Positions 28,715 through 37,994 of a stretch of 64,000 nt of DNA are shown here, piece after piece (the first letter of the stretch is position 1; every line of letters begins with the position of its first letter). A program made the translations under genes and the position numbers. This DNA is from Spirochaetia bacterium (GTDB lineage: Bacteria; Spirochaetota; Spirochaetia; UBA9216): NCBI GenBank assembly GCA_965140585.1, contig OZ223268.1:32001-96000 (forward strand). The letters are read 5' to 3'. The notes below the pieces were generated by a model. That model was not told the origin of the DNA, made no database searches, and was given only the letters and a program-made list of their open reading frames with translations.

Positions 28715-30532
28715 ATGAATAAAATCATGATAAAGGTTATTCTCTCATGCCTCATATTCTGTTCTGCGGCCATTCCTGGATTTTCTCAGGACAGCAATGA
28801 TGAATCATCCGGCAGTCAAACCATCTATTATAATCCATCTTCATCGAATGACGGCGTAGCCACAAAAGCGGAAATAAGATGGAAGATATACCGGTATATG
28901 ACAGAAGTTGTTTTCATGCTCAACCTCAGGCTTGAAATGACCGGAAGCGAGGTCTATGTAGAAGGAAAACGATACAGCAAAAATGAACTGGGAGAGGTAT
29001 GGAAAAAAATTAAAGTACAGAAATCGAGTTTTAAATTAAAAGCTGATCTGGCTGTTATGCACGGAAGAGCTCTGGGAACAGGAACCCTGACCATCTGGCA
29101 GGAAGGCACAATGACAGGTCTGGACGGATACTTTGGATTATCCAACAGTGATCTAAGGGGCTTGTATGACGGTGGCGGCGGGAATCTTGAGCTGAGAAAT
29201 TTTAAATTGACGGAATTAAGTTTTGAAGGCCTGTATGATGTTAAGCAGTATATACGACAGAAAGAAAGAGAAGAGCAGCAGGCTAAAGAGCTGGAACAGA
29301 AAGCAGATGCCGCTTATGAAAAGGCATCCAGGCTATACGGAAACCGGGAATGGGAAGCTTCAATCAAAGCATACGAGGAAGCCCTGAAATTATTTCCCGA
29401 CCATTATCAGGCTCCTATGGCAAGATTTAACATTTCCCAGGCAGAAATCAGAATCCGGAATATTCTGGAACAGCAGCAGAAAGCCGACAGTTTATACAGC
29501 CAGGCAGAAAATACTTTTAGAAGCAGGAACTGGCAGGCTTCAATCAATTTTTACAAAGAAGCCTTAAATTTTGCTCCCGAACACAGTAAATCTGCAGAGG
29601 CACAAAGAAATATTCGAACTGCCGAAGAAGAACTTGCTAAAATAGAAGAAAAGGAAAAAACAGAAGCAGAAGCTGCTGATAATGCTTTCCGGAGGGCTGA
29701 TGAATTATACAATGATAAATTTTGGGAAGAAGCTGTCAAAGCGTATCAATATGCCATCGAAAAGTACCCGGATGATTACCGGACTTCATCAGCAGGGCGC
29801 CGAATAAATTATGCAAGACAATACATTGCCAAAGAAGAAGCCGAAGAAAAAGCAAGGATAGATGCAGAGCGTGAACAGGCGGAACGTGAAGAACGGCTGG
29901 AAGCGGCAAGAATAGCCCAGCAGAATCAGCTGAATCAGGCCCAGATGGAAGCCAGACAGAGAGAAGCGGTCAGGCGCCAGCTTGCAAGCTCGATTACCGG
30001 GATTATTGATACCTTTGATTTCGGGTACATAGGCTTTTCCGGAGGGCTTATGTTTCGTGAGGATTATAATGAAGATTATTTTGCCGAATCGGAGTATTCA
30101 ATTATACCCGGAATCAACATAACCGCCCGTGGCGGTTGGCTTATGAACGAAGAGGGTTCCCTTATGAATATGGGCCTGGGACCTGTAATAGGTGCGGGAT
30201 ACTATTTCGGAGATGAACTTACATATCAGGAAATTTATCCGCAGGAGATGGTCACAGAAAATGATACACTTATGATCTATCGCGCAGGTTTAACCATGAT
30301 GGTAATACTGCCTTATATACGCATCGATACTGAATTTTCATACGGATGGGTACTTCCGTATGAGAGTCTATTCGACGGAGAAGCAATGATCATTTCCGTA
30401 ATCCTTGGTTTTGGCAATTTTAATATCGGGATGGATCTGATGTTTATGGAATTTGATGATGAATATTATGAATATGCTGATGAATATAATTCAGGCACAA
30501 GACCTGTAATCACACTGGGATTTGAATTCTAA
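28715..30532 (+). CDS. Secreted TPR-repeat protein with probable C-terminal beta-barrel
   Basis: Signal peptide; three repeats AD..Y..A..LY....W..SI..Y..AL...P; coiled coil; ends VITLGFEF. Confidence 0.8.
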   Translation: MNKIMIKVILSCLIFCSAAIPGFSQDSNDESSGSQTIYYNPSSSNDGVATKAEIRWKIYRYMTEVVFMLNLRLEMTGSEVYVEGKRYSKNELGEVWKKIKVQKSSFKLKADLAVMHGRALGTGTLTIWQEGTMTGLDGYFGLSNSDLRGLYDGGGGNLELRNFKLTELSFEGLYDVKQYIRQKEREEQQAKELEQKADAAYEKASRLYGNREWEASIKAYEEALKLFPDHYQAPMARFNISQAEIRIRNILEQQQKADSLYSQAENTFRSRNWQASINFYKEALNFAPEHSKSAEAQRNIRTAEEELAKIEEKEKTEAEAADNAFRRADELYNDKFWEEAVKAYQYAIEKYPDDYRTSSAGRRINYARQYIAKEEAEEKARIDAEREQAEREERLEAARIAQQNQLNQAQMEARQREAVRRQLASSITGIIDTFDFGYIGFSGGLMFREDYNEDYFAESEYSIIPGINITARGGWLMNEEGSLMNMGLGPVIGAGYYFGDELTYQEIYPQEMVTENDTLMIYRAGLTMMVILPYIRIDTEFSYGWVLPYESLFDGEAMIISVILGFGNFNIGMDLMFMEFDDEYYEYADEYNSGTRPVITLGFEF

Positions 30533-30556
30533 TTAACAGTTAAAAACTGAAAATAT

Positions 30557-30589
30557 AAAGCCCGAATCATATCTTATGATCCGGGCTTT
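30557..30589. terminator. Bidirectional intrinsic terminator
   Basis: AAAGCCCGAATCATA...TATGATCCGGGCTTT between convergent genes. Confidence 0.7.
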
Positions 30590-30624
30590 GGTTTCTAATA
30601 AAGTGTTACTGAAAATATTTCTGA

Positions 30625-30996
30625 CTATTTTCTTATTCCAAGGCTTCTGACATAGTGAATTCCTGAGTCTTTATCAATGGTCATTTCAAGGTTCATATCT
30701 GTCGGAGCTTTAACAAATTTATATTTTCTTCCGCTTTCAACACAGTAAAATTGAATATAGATACCGTCCATATTGGCACCGGCTTTAAAATCCTGGATAG
30801 TTTTCCCCTCAAAGTCATAATAGACATTTCCGTTCACATCGAGAATTCTAATATTGGTTGAGCTGAATTCCCACACAGCTCCGTATGTATCATCAATCCA
30901 TTTTCCAAGCGGAAACTCACCAAGTTCTATCCCCTCAGCAAAAAGTCCGCCGCCGATAAAAAGAAGAATCAGTGTAACAAACAGAATCTTTTTCAT
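30625..30996 (-). CDS. Small secreted hypothetical protein
   Basis: MKKILFVTLILLFIGGGLFA signal after GGGAG RBS. Confidence 0.8.
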   Translation of the reverse strand: MKKILFVTLILLFIGGGLFAEGIELGEFPLGKWIDDTYGAVWEFSSTNIRILDVNGNVYYDFEGKTIQDFKAGANMDGIYIQFYCVESGRKYKFVKAPTDMNLEMTIDKDSGIHYVRSLGIRK

Positions 30997-31074
30997 ATAT
31001 ACTCCCAAGTTTTGTATATTGTTTCTTTAATATACCATTAATGAGAGCCTAAAAGAATTCTTTTATTTTATATT

Positions 31075-32076
31075 CTAGCTGATACGGACCAGGGTCTTCA
31101 TTCTTGAGGGCTCATCGAAATGTCTTAGAGCCTCCCCAAGCTGTTCAAGGCTGATGCTTGACGAAACAAGTGAGGCGGTATCAATATACCCCTGTGTCAG
31201 AAGTTCAAGGCTTTCAGAGATTTCTGTTGTGTAGATCATGGATCCTTTTATGGTAAGTTCTTTTCTTACTATTTTCACAGTTGATACCGGATGTTCAAGC
31301 GCAGGCAAGCCGAGTGTAACAATCACTGCACCGGGGGCTGCAAGTTCAATGCATTCATTAAGTCCTGCAGGAGATCCGGTGGTTTCGAATATAACATCAA
31401 ATTCTCCCTGATGTGAATAAAGCTCATCACTGTCGCCGAAAACACGTGCGGCTCCCATGCTCCTCGCAAGTTCAAGCCTTGAATCCAGTAGATCGCTGCT
31501 TGTAATATTATCACTGTATGCCTTGGCAGTCTGAAGACAGAGCTGACCAATTACTCCAGCACCCAGAACAAGAACCCTGTCTGCTTTTTTTATTCCGGCT
31601 TTCTTGATTCCATGGAGACAAACGGCAAGAGGTTCAGCAAAAACCGCAACCTCATCCGGCATTTCCTCAGGGACCTGAAAGACCGCCGATGCTCGAACTA
31701 CCACATACTCCGCGAATACGCCGTTAATATCTACCCCGAGCCTGATTTTGCGGCTGCAGATATTTGTAAGCCCCTTCCGGCACATATCGCAGACGCCGCA
31801 GAAATAGTTCGGGTGAACAGTAACCCGCTGCCCCGGATTCAGATGTTTGACATTAACTCCTGCCGCATCGATAATACCGACAGCCTCATGACCGGGAATC
31901 AGAGGGAAGGGAGCTTCCAGTTTTCCATGAAACATGGAATTATCAGATCCGCATATTCCGCAAATTTTAACCTGAATACGAACTTCATCAGCTCCGGGAA
32001 CAGGAACCTGTACATCTTTTACTTCTATATTACCTATTGCTTTTATAACAGCAGCTTTCATTTTCATATCCTTCAA
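31075..32076 (-). CDS. Zinc-dependent alcohol dehydrogenase (sorbitol/threonine DH-like)
   Basis: CGICGSD, GHE, CGVCDMC...C, GAGVIG. Confidence 0.93.
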   Translation of the reverse strand: MKDMKMKAAVIKAIGNIEVKDVQVPVPGADEVRIQVKICGICGSDNSMFHGKLEAPFPLIPGHEAVGIIDAAGVNVKHLNPGQRVTVHPNYFCGVCDMCRKGLTNICSRKIRLGVDINGVFAEYVVVRASAVFQVPEEMPDEVAVFAEPLAVCLHGIKKAGIKKADRVLVLGAGVIGQLCLQTAKAYSDNITSSDLLDSRLELARSMGAARVFGDSDELYSHQGEFDVIFETTGSPAGLNECIELAAPGAVIVTLGLPALEHPVSTVKIVRKELTIKGSMIYTTEISESLELLTQGYIDTASLVSSSISLEQLGEALRHFDEPSRMKTLVRIS

Positions 32077-32096
32077 CGTGGCAACAGGGTATTAGT

Positions 32097-33017
32097 TTAA
32101 ACTCTGAAAATCAAGCCCGTATGTTTACTTCTCTGCATGATTGAATAAAACTCACTTATAATCCAGGCCATTTCAGGACATCTGAGATACCCGTATGATT
32201 TATGAGGATTTCGCTCTCCTTCAAATATATAATTATTCCATATAAGCTTATCCTGCGGTTGGACTCCATGACGGTTCGGCAGATAATCATCATATAGGAT
32301 ATAATTTATGGCAACAAGATCCTTGAAATCTGCCAGATTATACCAATTTCGTGTAATATTATCCGGAGTCCTCAAATCAGCTTCTGTTCCGGGATATTCA
32401 GAAATAAGTTTGCTTTTAACCACCGGATTACCAAGCGGAGATCCGATTGTAACCAGGGTATCAATATTTACATCAGAAATCCATCTTGTAAGAACATCCC
32501 AGGCTATTATCGATCCCATTGAATGAGCAACAAGCATAATCTTCTTTCTTCGGTTTTTATAAAGACTTTCAGCCAACCTTCCACAGATTTCATCACGTTT
32601 TCTGAAATCTTTTTTATTGAAATAGGCATCAAGATCCTTAAGGAAATGACGTATTATAAAATCTGTGATTCTAGAAAAATTGGGAGATCCATCATCTTCA
32701 ATGAAGATCTTTTCAAGCTGTTCGTTCAGCCTCTTTCTGAACACCGGATTTTGATCACAACTTTCATTTATCGGATATTCTCCAGCCCCCCGAACGTAGG
32801 GTTCTCTTAAAAAGAAATCACTGCCTTCATCTGTGATATCAGGATCTAAAGCCTGGGGATACAAAAGAGAAGCCCAATAAACCATACTGAAATTTATAAA
32901 TCTGTAACGGAAAGAATCACCCAGCCCCTCCAGGATAGCCGCCTTCCACCACTGCTCAAGCTGCCGGTACGGCGGTTTGTTTCCCAGACCGTGTATTCCT
33001 ATAATCATTCTGGACAT
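32097..33017 (-). CDS. Alpha/beta hydrolase-fold protein
   Basis: IHGLG, AHSMG, TIGSPLG, D..DLV, NPHKSYGYL. Confidence 0.8.
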   Translation of the reverse strand: MSRMIIGIHGLGNKPPYRQLEQWWKAAILEGLGDSFRYRFINFSMVYWASLLYPQALDPDITDEGSDFFLREPYVRGAGEYPINESCDQNPVFRKRLNEQLEKIFIEDDGSPNFSRITDFIIRHFLKDLDAYFNKKDFRKRDEICGRLAESLYKNRRKKIMLVAHSMGSIIAWDVLTRWISDVNIDTLVTIGSPLGNPVVKSKLISEYPGTEADLRTPDNITRNWYNLADFKDLVAINYILYDDYLPNRHGVQPQDKLIWNNYIFEGERNPHKSYGYLRCPEMAWIISEFYSIMQRSKHTGLIFRV

Positions 33018-33153
33018 TTAAGGAGAAATCCTCACTTTATATTATCTGTTAATCTGTGACTCTATATTGTAATAAAGCTGGAGGTTTTCTCAAGCAGTTT
33101 TAGATGGAATCGGCTCTTTTTAATCATTTATATGTATCAGTAATCTTAATATT

Positions 33154-34248
33154 TCATAAATCAGCCATTACCCGGTTCTTTCCGGCATCCTTCCCACGGT
33201 ACAGAAGATCATCAACCCTTTCAAATAGTGATTTCTGTGTATCACCCTCTCTACAGTGAGATACTCCGAAAGTAACTGTGACTTCAATTGCGTTCTCTGT
33301 GCACTGGATAGGCGTGGAAACAGCCTGCATTCTTATGCGTTCCATCGTATCAACGGCCTGCTCTGCGGTGGTATTTTTAAGGATAAAAATAAACTCTTCA
33401 CCGCCCCATCTTCCTATAAAATCATAGTTTCTTACGCAGCTGCGGAAACGGGAGGCCATTTCGGTAAGGACAGCATCACCGCACTGATGACCGTAAGTAT
33501 CGTTTACTTTTTTAAAATTATCGAGATCTCCCAGAGCAACAGTCACCCCCTTTTCTCCGTCCTTTGAGTTACATAACAGAATTCTGGAAAGTTCCTCCTC
33601 GACACTCCTTCTATTGGGAAGATCGGTCAAAGCATCGGTGTTTGCCATATGTACTACCCGGCCGTGATACATCTGCAGTTCAGATTCTGCATTTTTTAAT
33701 GCCAGATGATAACGGTAAAAACTCAATGAAAGAACTGTAAACGCCAGTACAATGTTAATCTCATGAAATACCGCACGATGATTTTCAGGGATTTCATAAA
33801 GAGAGTTTCCATTTCTGAATAAAACCAAAATGAGAATATAGAAAATGAGGATGGAAAAATTGATAATAAATCCGTGATTTCGTTTTATACTTGCACTTGC
33901 CGAAATCAATACATTAACGACAAGAAGATAATGATGTATTCCGACTGAAATTCCCAGAAAATATACCAAACCCGGAATATCTATGAGAAGTGCGATCAGT
34001 CCAAGGGTTATAGCAGAAATAAACAGTTCCCGTTTAGCAAGCATAAGGGCTGCGCTAAAAAGCAGAAGAATTCCCAGACTGAAATATAATGGAATTAAAA
34101 ATCCCATAACAAAAAAATAAATAGTATACGGCAGGGTGAAGAGCATCGCCATGAAATAAATTGTTGACTGGTAGGTATAGACAGGATCAAAGCGTTTCGA
34201 CAATGGATCATTGTTCATAATTAAATTATATGAACTGAACAGCAGCAA
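33154..34248 (-). CDS. Membrane diguanylate cyclase
   Basis: About 6 TM; DALTDLPNRR, DLDNFKKVND, RWGGEEF. Confidence 0.92.
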   Translation of the reverse strand: MLLFSSYNLIMNNDPLSKRFDPVYTYQSTIYFMAMLFTLPYTIYFFVMGFLIPLYFSLGILLLFSAALMLAKRELFISAITLGLIALLIDIPGLVYFLGISVGIHHYLLVVNVLISASASIKRNHGFIINFSILIFYILILVLFRNGNSLYEIPENHRAVFHEINIVLAFTVLSLSFYRYHLALKNAESELQMYHGRVVHMANTDALTDLPNRRSVEEELSRILLCNSKDGEKGVTVALGDLDNFKKVNDTYGHQCGDAVLTEMASRFRSCVRNYDFIGRWGGEEFIFILKNTTAEQAVDTMERIRMQAVSTPIQCTENAIEVTVTFGVSHCREGDTQKSLFERVDDLLYRGKDAGKNRVMADL

Positions 34249-34257
34249 TCAAACAGT

Positions 34258-35721
34258 TTATTTCATAATATCCAGAAGACTATTAAGGAGGAGAAATCCA
34301 TAGCTGAGCGGCGGGAGTTCTATCTGCCTTGCACAGCCCTCAGGAACCGGATCAGGTTCAGGTATTTCAGGAAGAACTTCCGGAGTCAGCGGCTGGCCGT
34401 TCATAAGAATGACCCTGCTGTAGATATCAGGGGAAGTCAGAAAAATCTTGTGCTTTATAAGAGGAAACGAATCATCAAGATTACATATTCCAGTTTCTTT
34501 ACTCAAATTTATATAAATAAGACAGTAACCTTCCGTTTTTTTTCCTGCAAGTGAGTGCAGATAAAACCGGAGACTTCGGGAAGTTCCCTGCACCACCGGC
34601 TCATAAACTTCGGGACCTACATACCTGCTCCATAAAAGTGTAGTATAAAAATCCGGCAGCGGATCATGTGTAAACTTATCAAGCAGACCGTAATCTCCGC
34701 CAGTCAGGGTTTGACGGACAACCTGACTCATCCCTTCCCTGGCCATTATGCCAAGCTGATCGAGCCACCAGAACCCCGAGTAGAATGTATCTGAAAGTCC
34801 GGGCTCACCGCCGCATTGGGCATGACCGGTTTCGCCAAGCCAGATTTCGACATCCGGCATGTATTGATCCCGCAAAGAGGTAATTTTTCCTGCCTGCCTG
34901 GCGGCTTCTTCAAGGTTGGAAGGTTTAAGCATGGTTTTACGCTTAGCCCTGCGTATAGCAAATGGCGATCTCGAACTCTGCTGGGGATAGTAATGCCAGG
35001 TAATGATATCAAGAGACTTCCCTGCCTTTCTGAGAAATCTTTTCAGAAAAGGCAGAGTTTCTCCTATAACAGGCCAGACTGCAAGCGCGGGGCCCGCAGT
35101 CATGGCACCGGCCTTTGATGATATTGTCCTTTTCAGGCGTTTCATATCACCGGCATATTCACGTGATGATATCCGGCTGCCTGAACCGTGGAAAAAAGGA
35201 TATGCGTTTACTTCGTTACCCAGTTCCCATACGGCTACATCATGTTTTTTATCCTCTGAATATTTAATAAGCTGTCTGGCATTTTTCCTGCGCCAACGCT
35301 GTTTTTCATGCCTCGGCCCAGGACCGGCGTTTACCGTAAGCATCAGTGAGGAACCGACCAGTCTGCAGAACAATTCCATAGCCTTCCATCGCTTCCTCCC
35401 CAGCGTGTAATGATATCCGTCCGTCAGTTCGCCCGTGCCGTTTTTTTTATTCAAAGCGTAATATACACGATCAGCCTCTGTTCCTCCGAAGCGGATACAT
35501 TTCGGGTGCAGTAGTTTTGTATAAAAAACAAGTTTTTCGTTTTCCAAATCAAGAGGTTCAGTCCTGGCCTCACCCAGCCCATTTTTAACCATTCCCGAAT
35601 TGTCCCACCAGTATCCGCCCATAATCTGGGAAGTATCAAGTGCTACTGATATATATTGTTCAGGTATTCTGTGTACAGGCTGTGGTGATTCTAGAAACAG
35701 CTTAGATGCAGGTGATTTCAT
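34258..35721 (-). CDS. Glycoside hydrolase family 79 (heparanase/beta-glucuronidase-like)
   Basis: RFGGTEAD, WELGNE (acid/base), TWHYY, IWLGET (nucleophile), FWWLDQLG, RQTLTGGDYGLL, PLPDFY. Confidence 0.9.
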   Translation of the reverse strand: MKSPASKLFLESPQPVHRIPEQYISVALDTSQIMGGYWWDNSGMVKNGLGEARTEPLDLENEKLVFYTKLLHPKCIRFGGTEADRVYYALNKKNGTGELTDGYHYTLGRKRWKAMELFCRLVGSSLMLTVNAGPGPRHEKQRWRRKNARQLIKYSEDKKHDVAVWELGNEVNAYPFFHGSGSRISSREYAGDMKRLKRTISSKAGAMTAGPALAVWPVIGETLPFLKRFLRKAGKSLDIITWHYYPQQSSRSPFAIRRAKRKTMLKPSNLEEAARQAGKITSLRDQYMPDVEIWLGETGHAQCGGEPGLSDTFYSGFWWLDQLGIMAREGMSQVVRQTLTGGDYGLLDKFTHDPLPDFYTTLLWSRYVGPEVYEPVVQGTSRSLRFYLHSLAGKKTEGYCLIYINLSKETGICNLDDSFPLIKHKIFLTSPDIYSRVILMNGQPLTPEVLPEIPEPDPVPEGCARQIELPPLSYGFLLLNSLLDIMK

Positions 35722-35788
35722 TACTGAAATTTACCTGCCGGAACTAAGCTATGCAATGAAATTTATGTATATCACTGTTAGTTTTTGG

Positions 35789-36709
35789 TTAAACAAAATA
35801 TGATTTAGCTATTTCTGCGCCCACCCGGGCGTTATTGAAAACCAGCTCTATATTTGTATTCAGTGATGCCTTTCCGGTGATCGTCTTAATTGCATCAAGC
35901 AGAAAGGGAGTTGCATCTTTTCCCGATATTCCCTTTGCCTCCATATCTGCAAGTGCCTTTTCTATTGCGCTGTCAATTGTCTTTTTATCTGCTTCAAATT
36001 CCTCGGGTACCGGGTTTGCTACAACCATCCCTCCCTTAAGACCGAGCTCTCTTTTTACACGGAACATATCGGCGATATCCTTTGCGCTGTCGCAGGATAT
36101 CTCAACAGGGTAACCGCTGTCACGTGTAAAAAATGCCGGAAAATTCTTTGTTCCGTAGCCGACAACCGGAACACCGTATGTCTCAAGATATTCAAGTGTA
36201 AGTCCGATATCGAGTATTGACTTGGCGCCTGCACAGACAACTGCAACAGAGGTATTAGCCAGTTCCTGAAGGTCGGCAGAAACATCAAAGGTCTTTTCTG
36301 CCCCGCGGTGGACACCGCCGATACCGCCTGTAACAAACACTGGGATTCCCGCAAGGTCGGATATGATCATGGTAGCAGCAACAGTGGTAGCTCCGCAGAG
36401 TTTCTGAGAAACAACCCAGGGAATATCTCTTCTGCTCACCTTGAGAATATCACCGCTGTTTCCAAGTCTCTCAAGCTCATTATCCTCCAGCCCGACAGTG
36501 AGCACACCATCAAGAATGGCGATAGTAGCGGGGATAACGCCTTTGTCACGTACGATCTTTTCAACCTTCAGTGCAGTTTCAACATTATCCGGATAAGGCA
36601 TGCCGTGAGATATAATAGTTGATTCAAGACTGAGAACCGGTCTGCCCTCTGCCAGAGCCTGTTTAACTTCTTCTTTGATTTTAATGTAGCTGCTGATATT
36701 GTTTTCCAT
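35789..36709 (-). CDS. psuG: Pseudouridine-5'-phosphate glycosidase
   Basis: LESTIISHGMPYP, KVSRRD, ATTVAATM, TGGIGGVHRG, DVSADLQEL, TPFLL. Confidence 0.96.
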   Translation of the reverse strand: MENNISSYIKIKEEVKQALAEGRPVLSLESTIISHGMPYPDNVETALKVEKIVRDKGVIPATIAILDGVLTVGLEDNELERLGNSGDILKVSRRDIPWVVSQKLCGATTVAATMIISDLAGIPVFVTGGIGGVHRGAEKTFDVSADLQELANTSVAVVCAGAKSILDIGLTLEYLETYGVPVVGYGTKNFPAFFTRDSGYPVEISCDSAKDIADMFRVKRELGLKGGMVVANPVPEEFEADKKTIDSAIEKALADMEAKGISGKDATPFLLDAIKTITGKASLNTNIELVFNNARVGAEIAKSYFV

Positions 36710-36726
36710 TTGTCTGTAAACTCCTG

Positions 36727-37806
36727 TTATTCGATTATTTCGATTATTTTTTCAGTTGATAGTGACGGATTAACTGTTTCATTGCACAGGACCGTCAATG
36801 CCGATGCGGCTGATGCAAATTTGACTTTTTGATGCACGTTCATGTCATTCAATGAACTATAAACCAGACCGGCCATAAACGCGTCACCGGCACCGTTGGA
36901 ATTCGCCATTTTATAAGGCTCCCTGTTGTAGAAAAATATTCCATCGATGTTTCCATAGCACGTTCCCTTGCTGCCCCTGTTGATAAAAACTTCTTTAACC
37001 CCAGCATTAAGCAGATTTTTTACTGCCGACTTATAATCCTCTTCAGTTTCTATTTTTATCCCGCCCAGGATTTCCGCCTCCCAGCGGTTGCAGGTTAATG
37101 AGTGGATGCTGCCAAGAAGGTGCTTGAGCTTTTCCGCCTTTGTAGTTGAAACGGGGTCGGCAAAAAAGAGGGTATTACGAAAGTTGCATAGAAGGTAATC
37201 AAGGGCTTCCGATGACAGATTAGCCTCAACCACCACAACCTTCGCATATTCGATCAGGCTGCTGTTTCGTTTGATGTAGTCTATGTTTATCTTTTCGCTT
37301 ATATCCATATCTGATAAAGCAAGAATCATCTCTCCTGAATCATCCTGTATCGACAGATATATTGATGTCCGGCCGTCTTCGACAACCTTGACCGAGTCCA
37401 TGTCGATTTTAAAACTACGGCAGTCAGTAATAATTTTTTCGCCGTAAACATCAAGTCCTATTGCTGACAGCATTTTAACCCGGACGCCCATCCTTGAAAG
37501 ATTTTCAGCGATGTTCCGGCCTACGCCGCCCATGGAAAGCTGCACTGAACCGGGGTTACTATCATTGAATATAAGAGTCTTATGAGGAAAACCGGAGATA
37601 TCCATATTGGCACCGCCGATTACAAGAGCATAATCTTCTTCACTCAGAATGTATTTTTTCCCCTTAATCATCCCCTTCTTGGTCAGATTAAGAATATGGA
37701 CACCTACTGATGAGCGGGTAATGCCAAGCTGCTCCGCTATTGTTTTCTGAGTAATCCAGGGGTCTGCTTTAATCAGATCGAGTATTTCCTGTTCCCGCTT
37801 TGTCAC
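36727..37806 (-). CDS. psuK: Pseudouridine kinase (PfkB family, N-terminal wHTH)
   Basis: HTH (ITRSSVGVHI), IGGANMD, SNPG, GGVGRNIAENL, GAGDAF; directly upstream of psuG. Confidence 0.9.
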   Translation of the reverse strand: MTKREQEILDLIKADPWITQKTIAEQLGITRSSVGVHILNLTKKGMIKGKKYILSEEDYALVIGGANMDISGFPHKTLIFNDSNPGSVQLSMGGVGRNIAENLSRMGVRVKMLSAIGLDVYGEKIITDCRSFKIDMDSVKVVEDGRTSIYLSIQDDSGEMILALSDMDISEKINIDYIKRNSSLIEYAKVVVVEANLSSEALDYLLCNFRNTLFFADPVSTTKAEKLKHLLGSIHSLTCNRWEAEILGGIKIETEEDYKSAVKNLLNAGVKEVFINRGSKGTCYGNIDGIFFYNREPYKMANSNGAGDAFMAGLVYSSLNDMNVHQKVKFASAASALTVLCNETVNPSLSTEKIIEIIE

Positions 37807-37903
37807 AGCAACTCCTTTACCTAAATCTTTATTTATTTTATAAACACATATTTATATTGTCAATAATCTATCATCAAGTTTTGAATATTATTTGATTTTT
37901 TTT

Positions 37904-37961
37904 AAAAAAAAAGTCCAGAAATATATTTCTGGACGACAGCGGAATCATTTTTCTATAAATT
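37904..37961 (+). promoter_or_regulatory. Shared motif, copy 3, containing a perfect 22-bp palindrome
   Basis: A9-GTCCAGAAATATATTTCTGGAC(37913-37934)GAC-18 nt-TAAATT. Confidence 0.75.
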
Positions 37962-37994
37962 TATCTGATTCTATTTTCAGGAGATTCAAAATAT

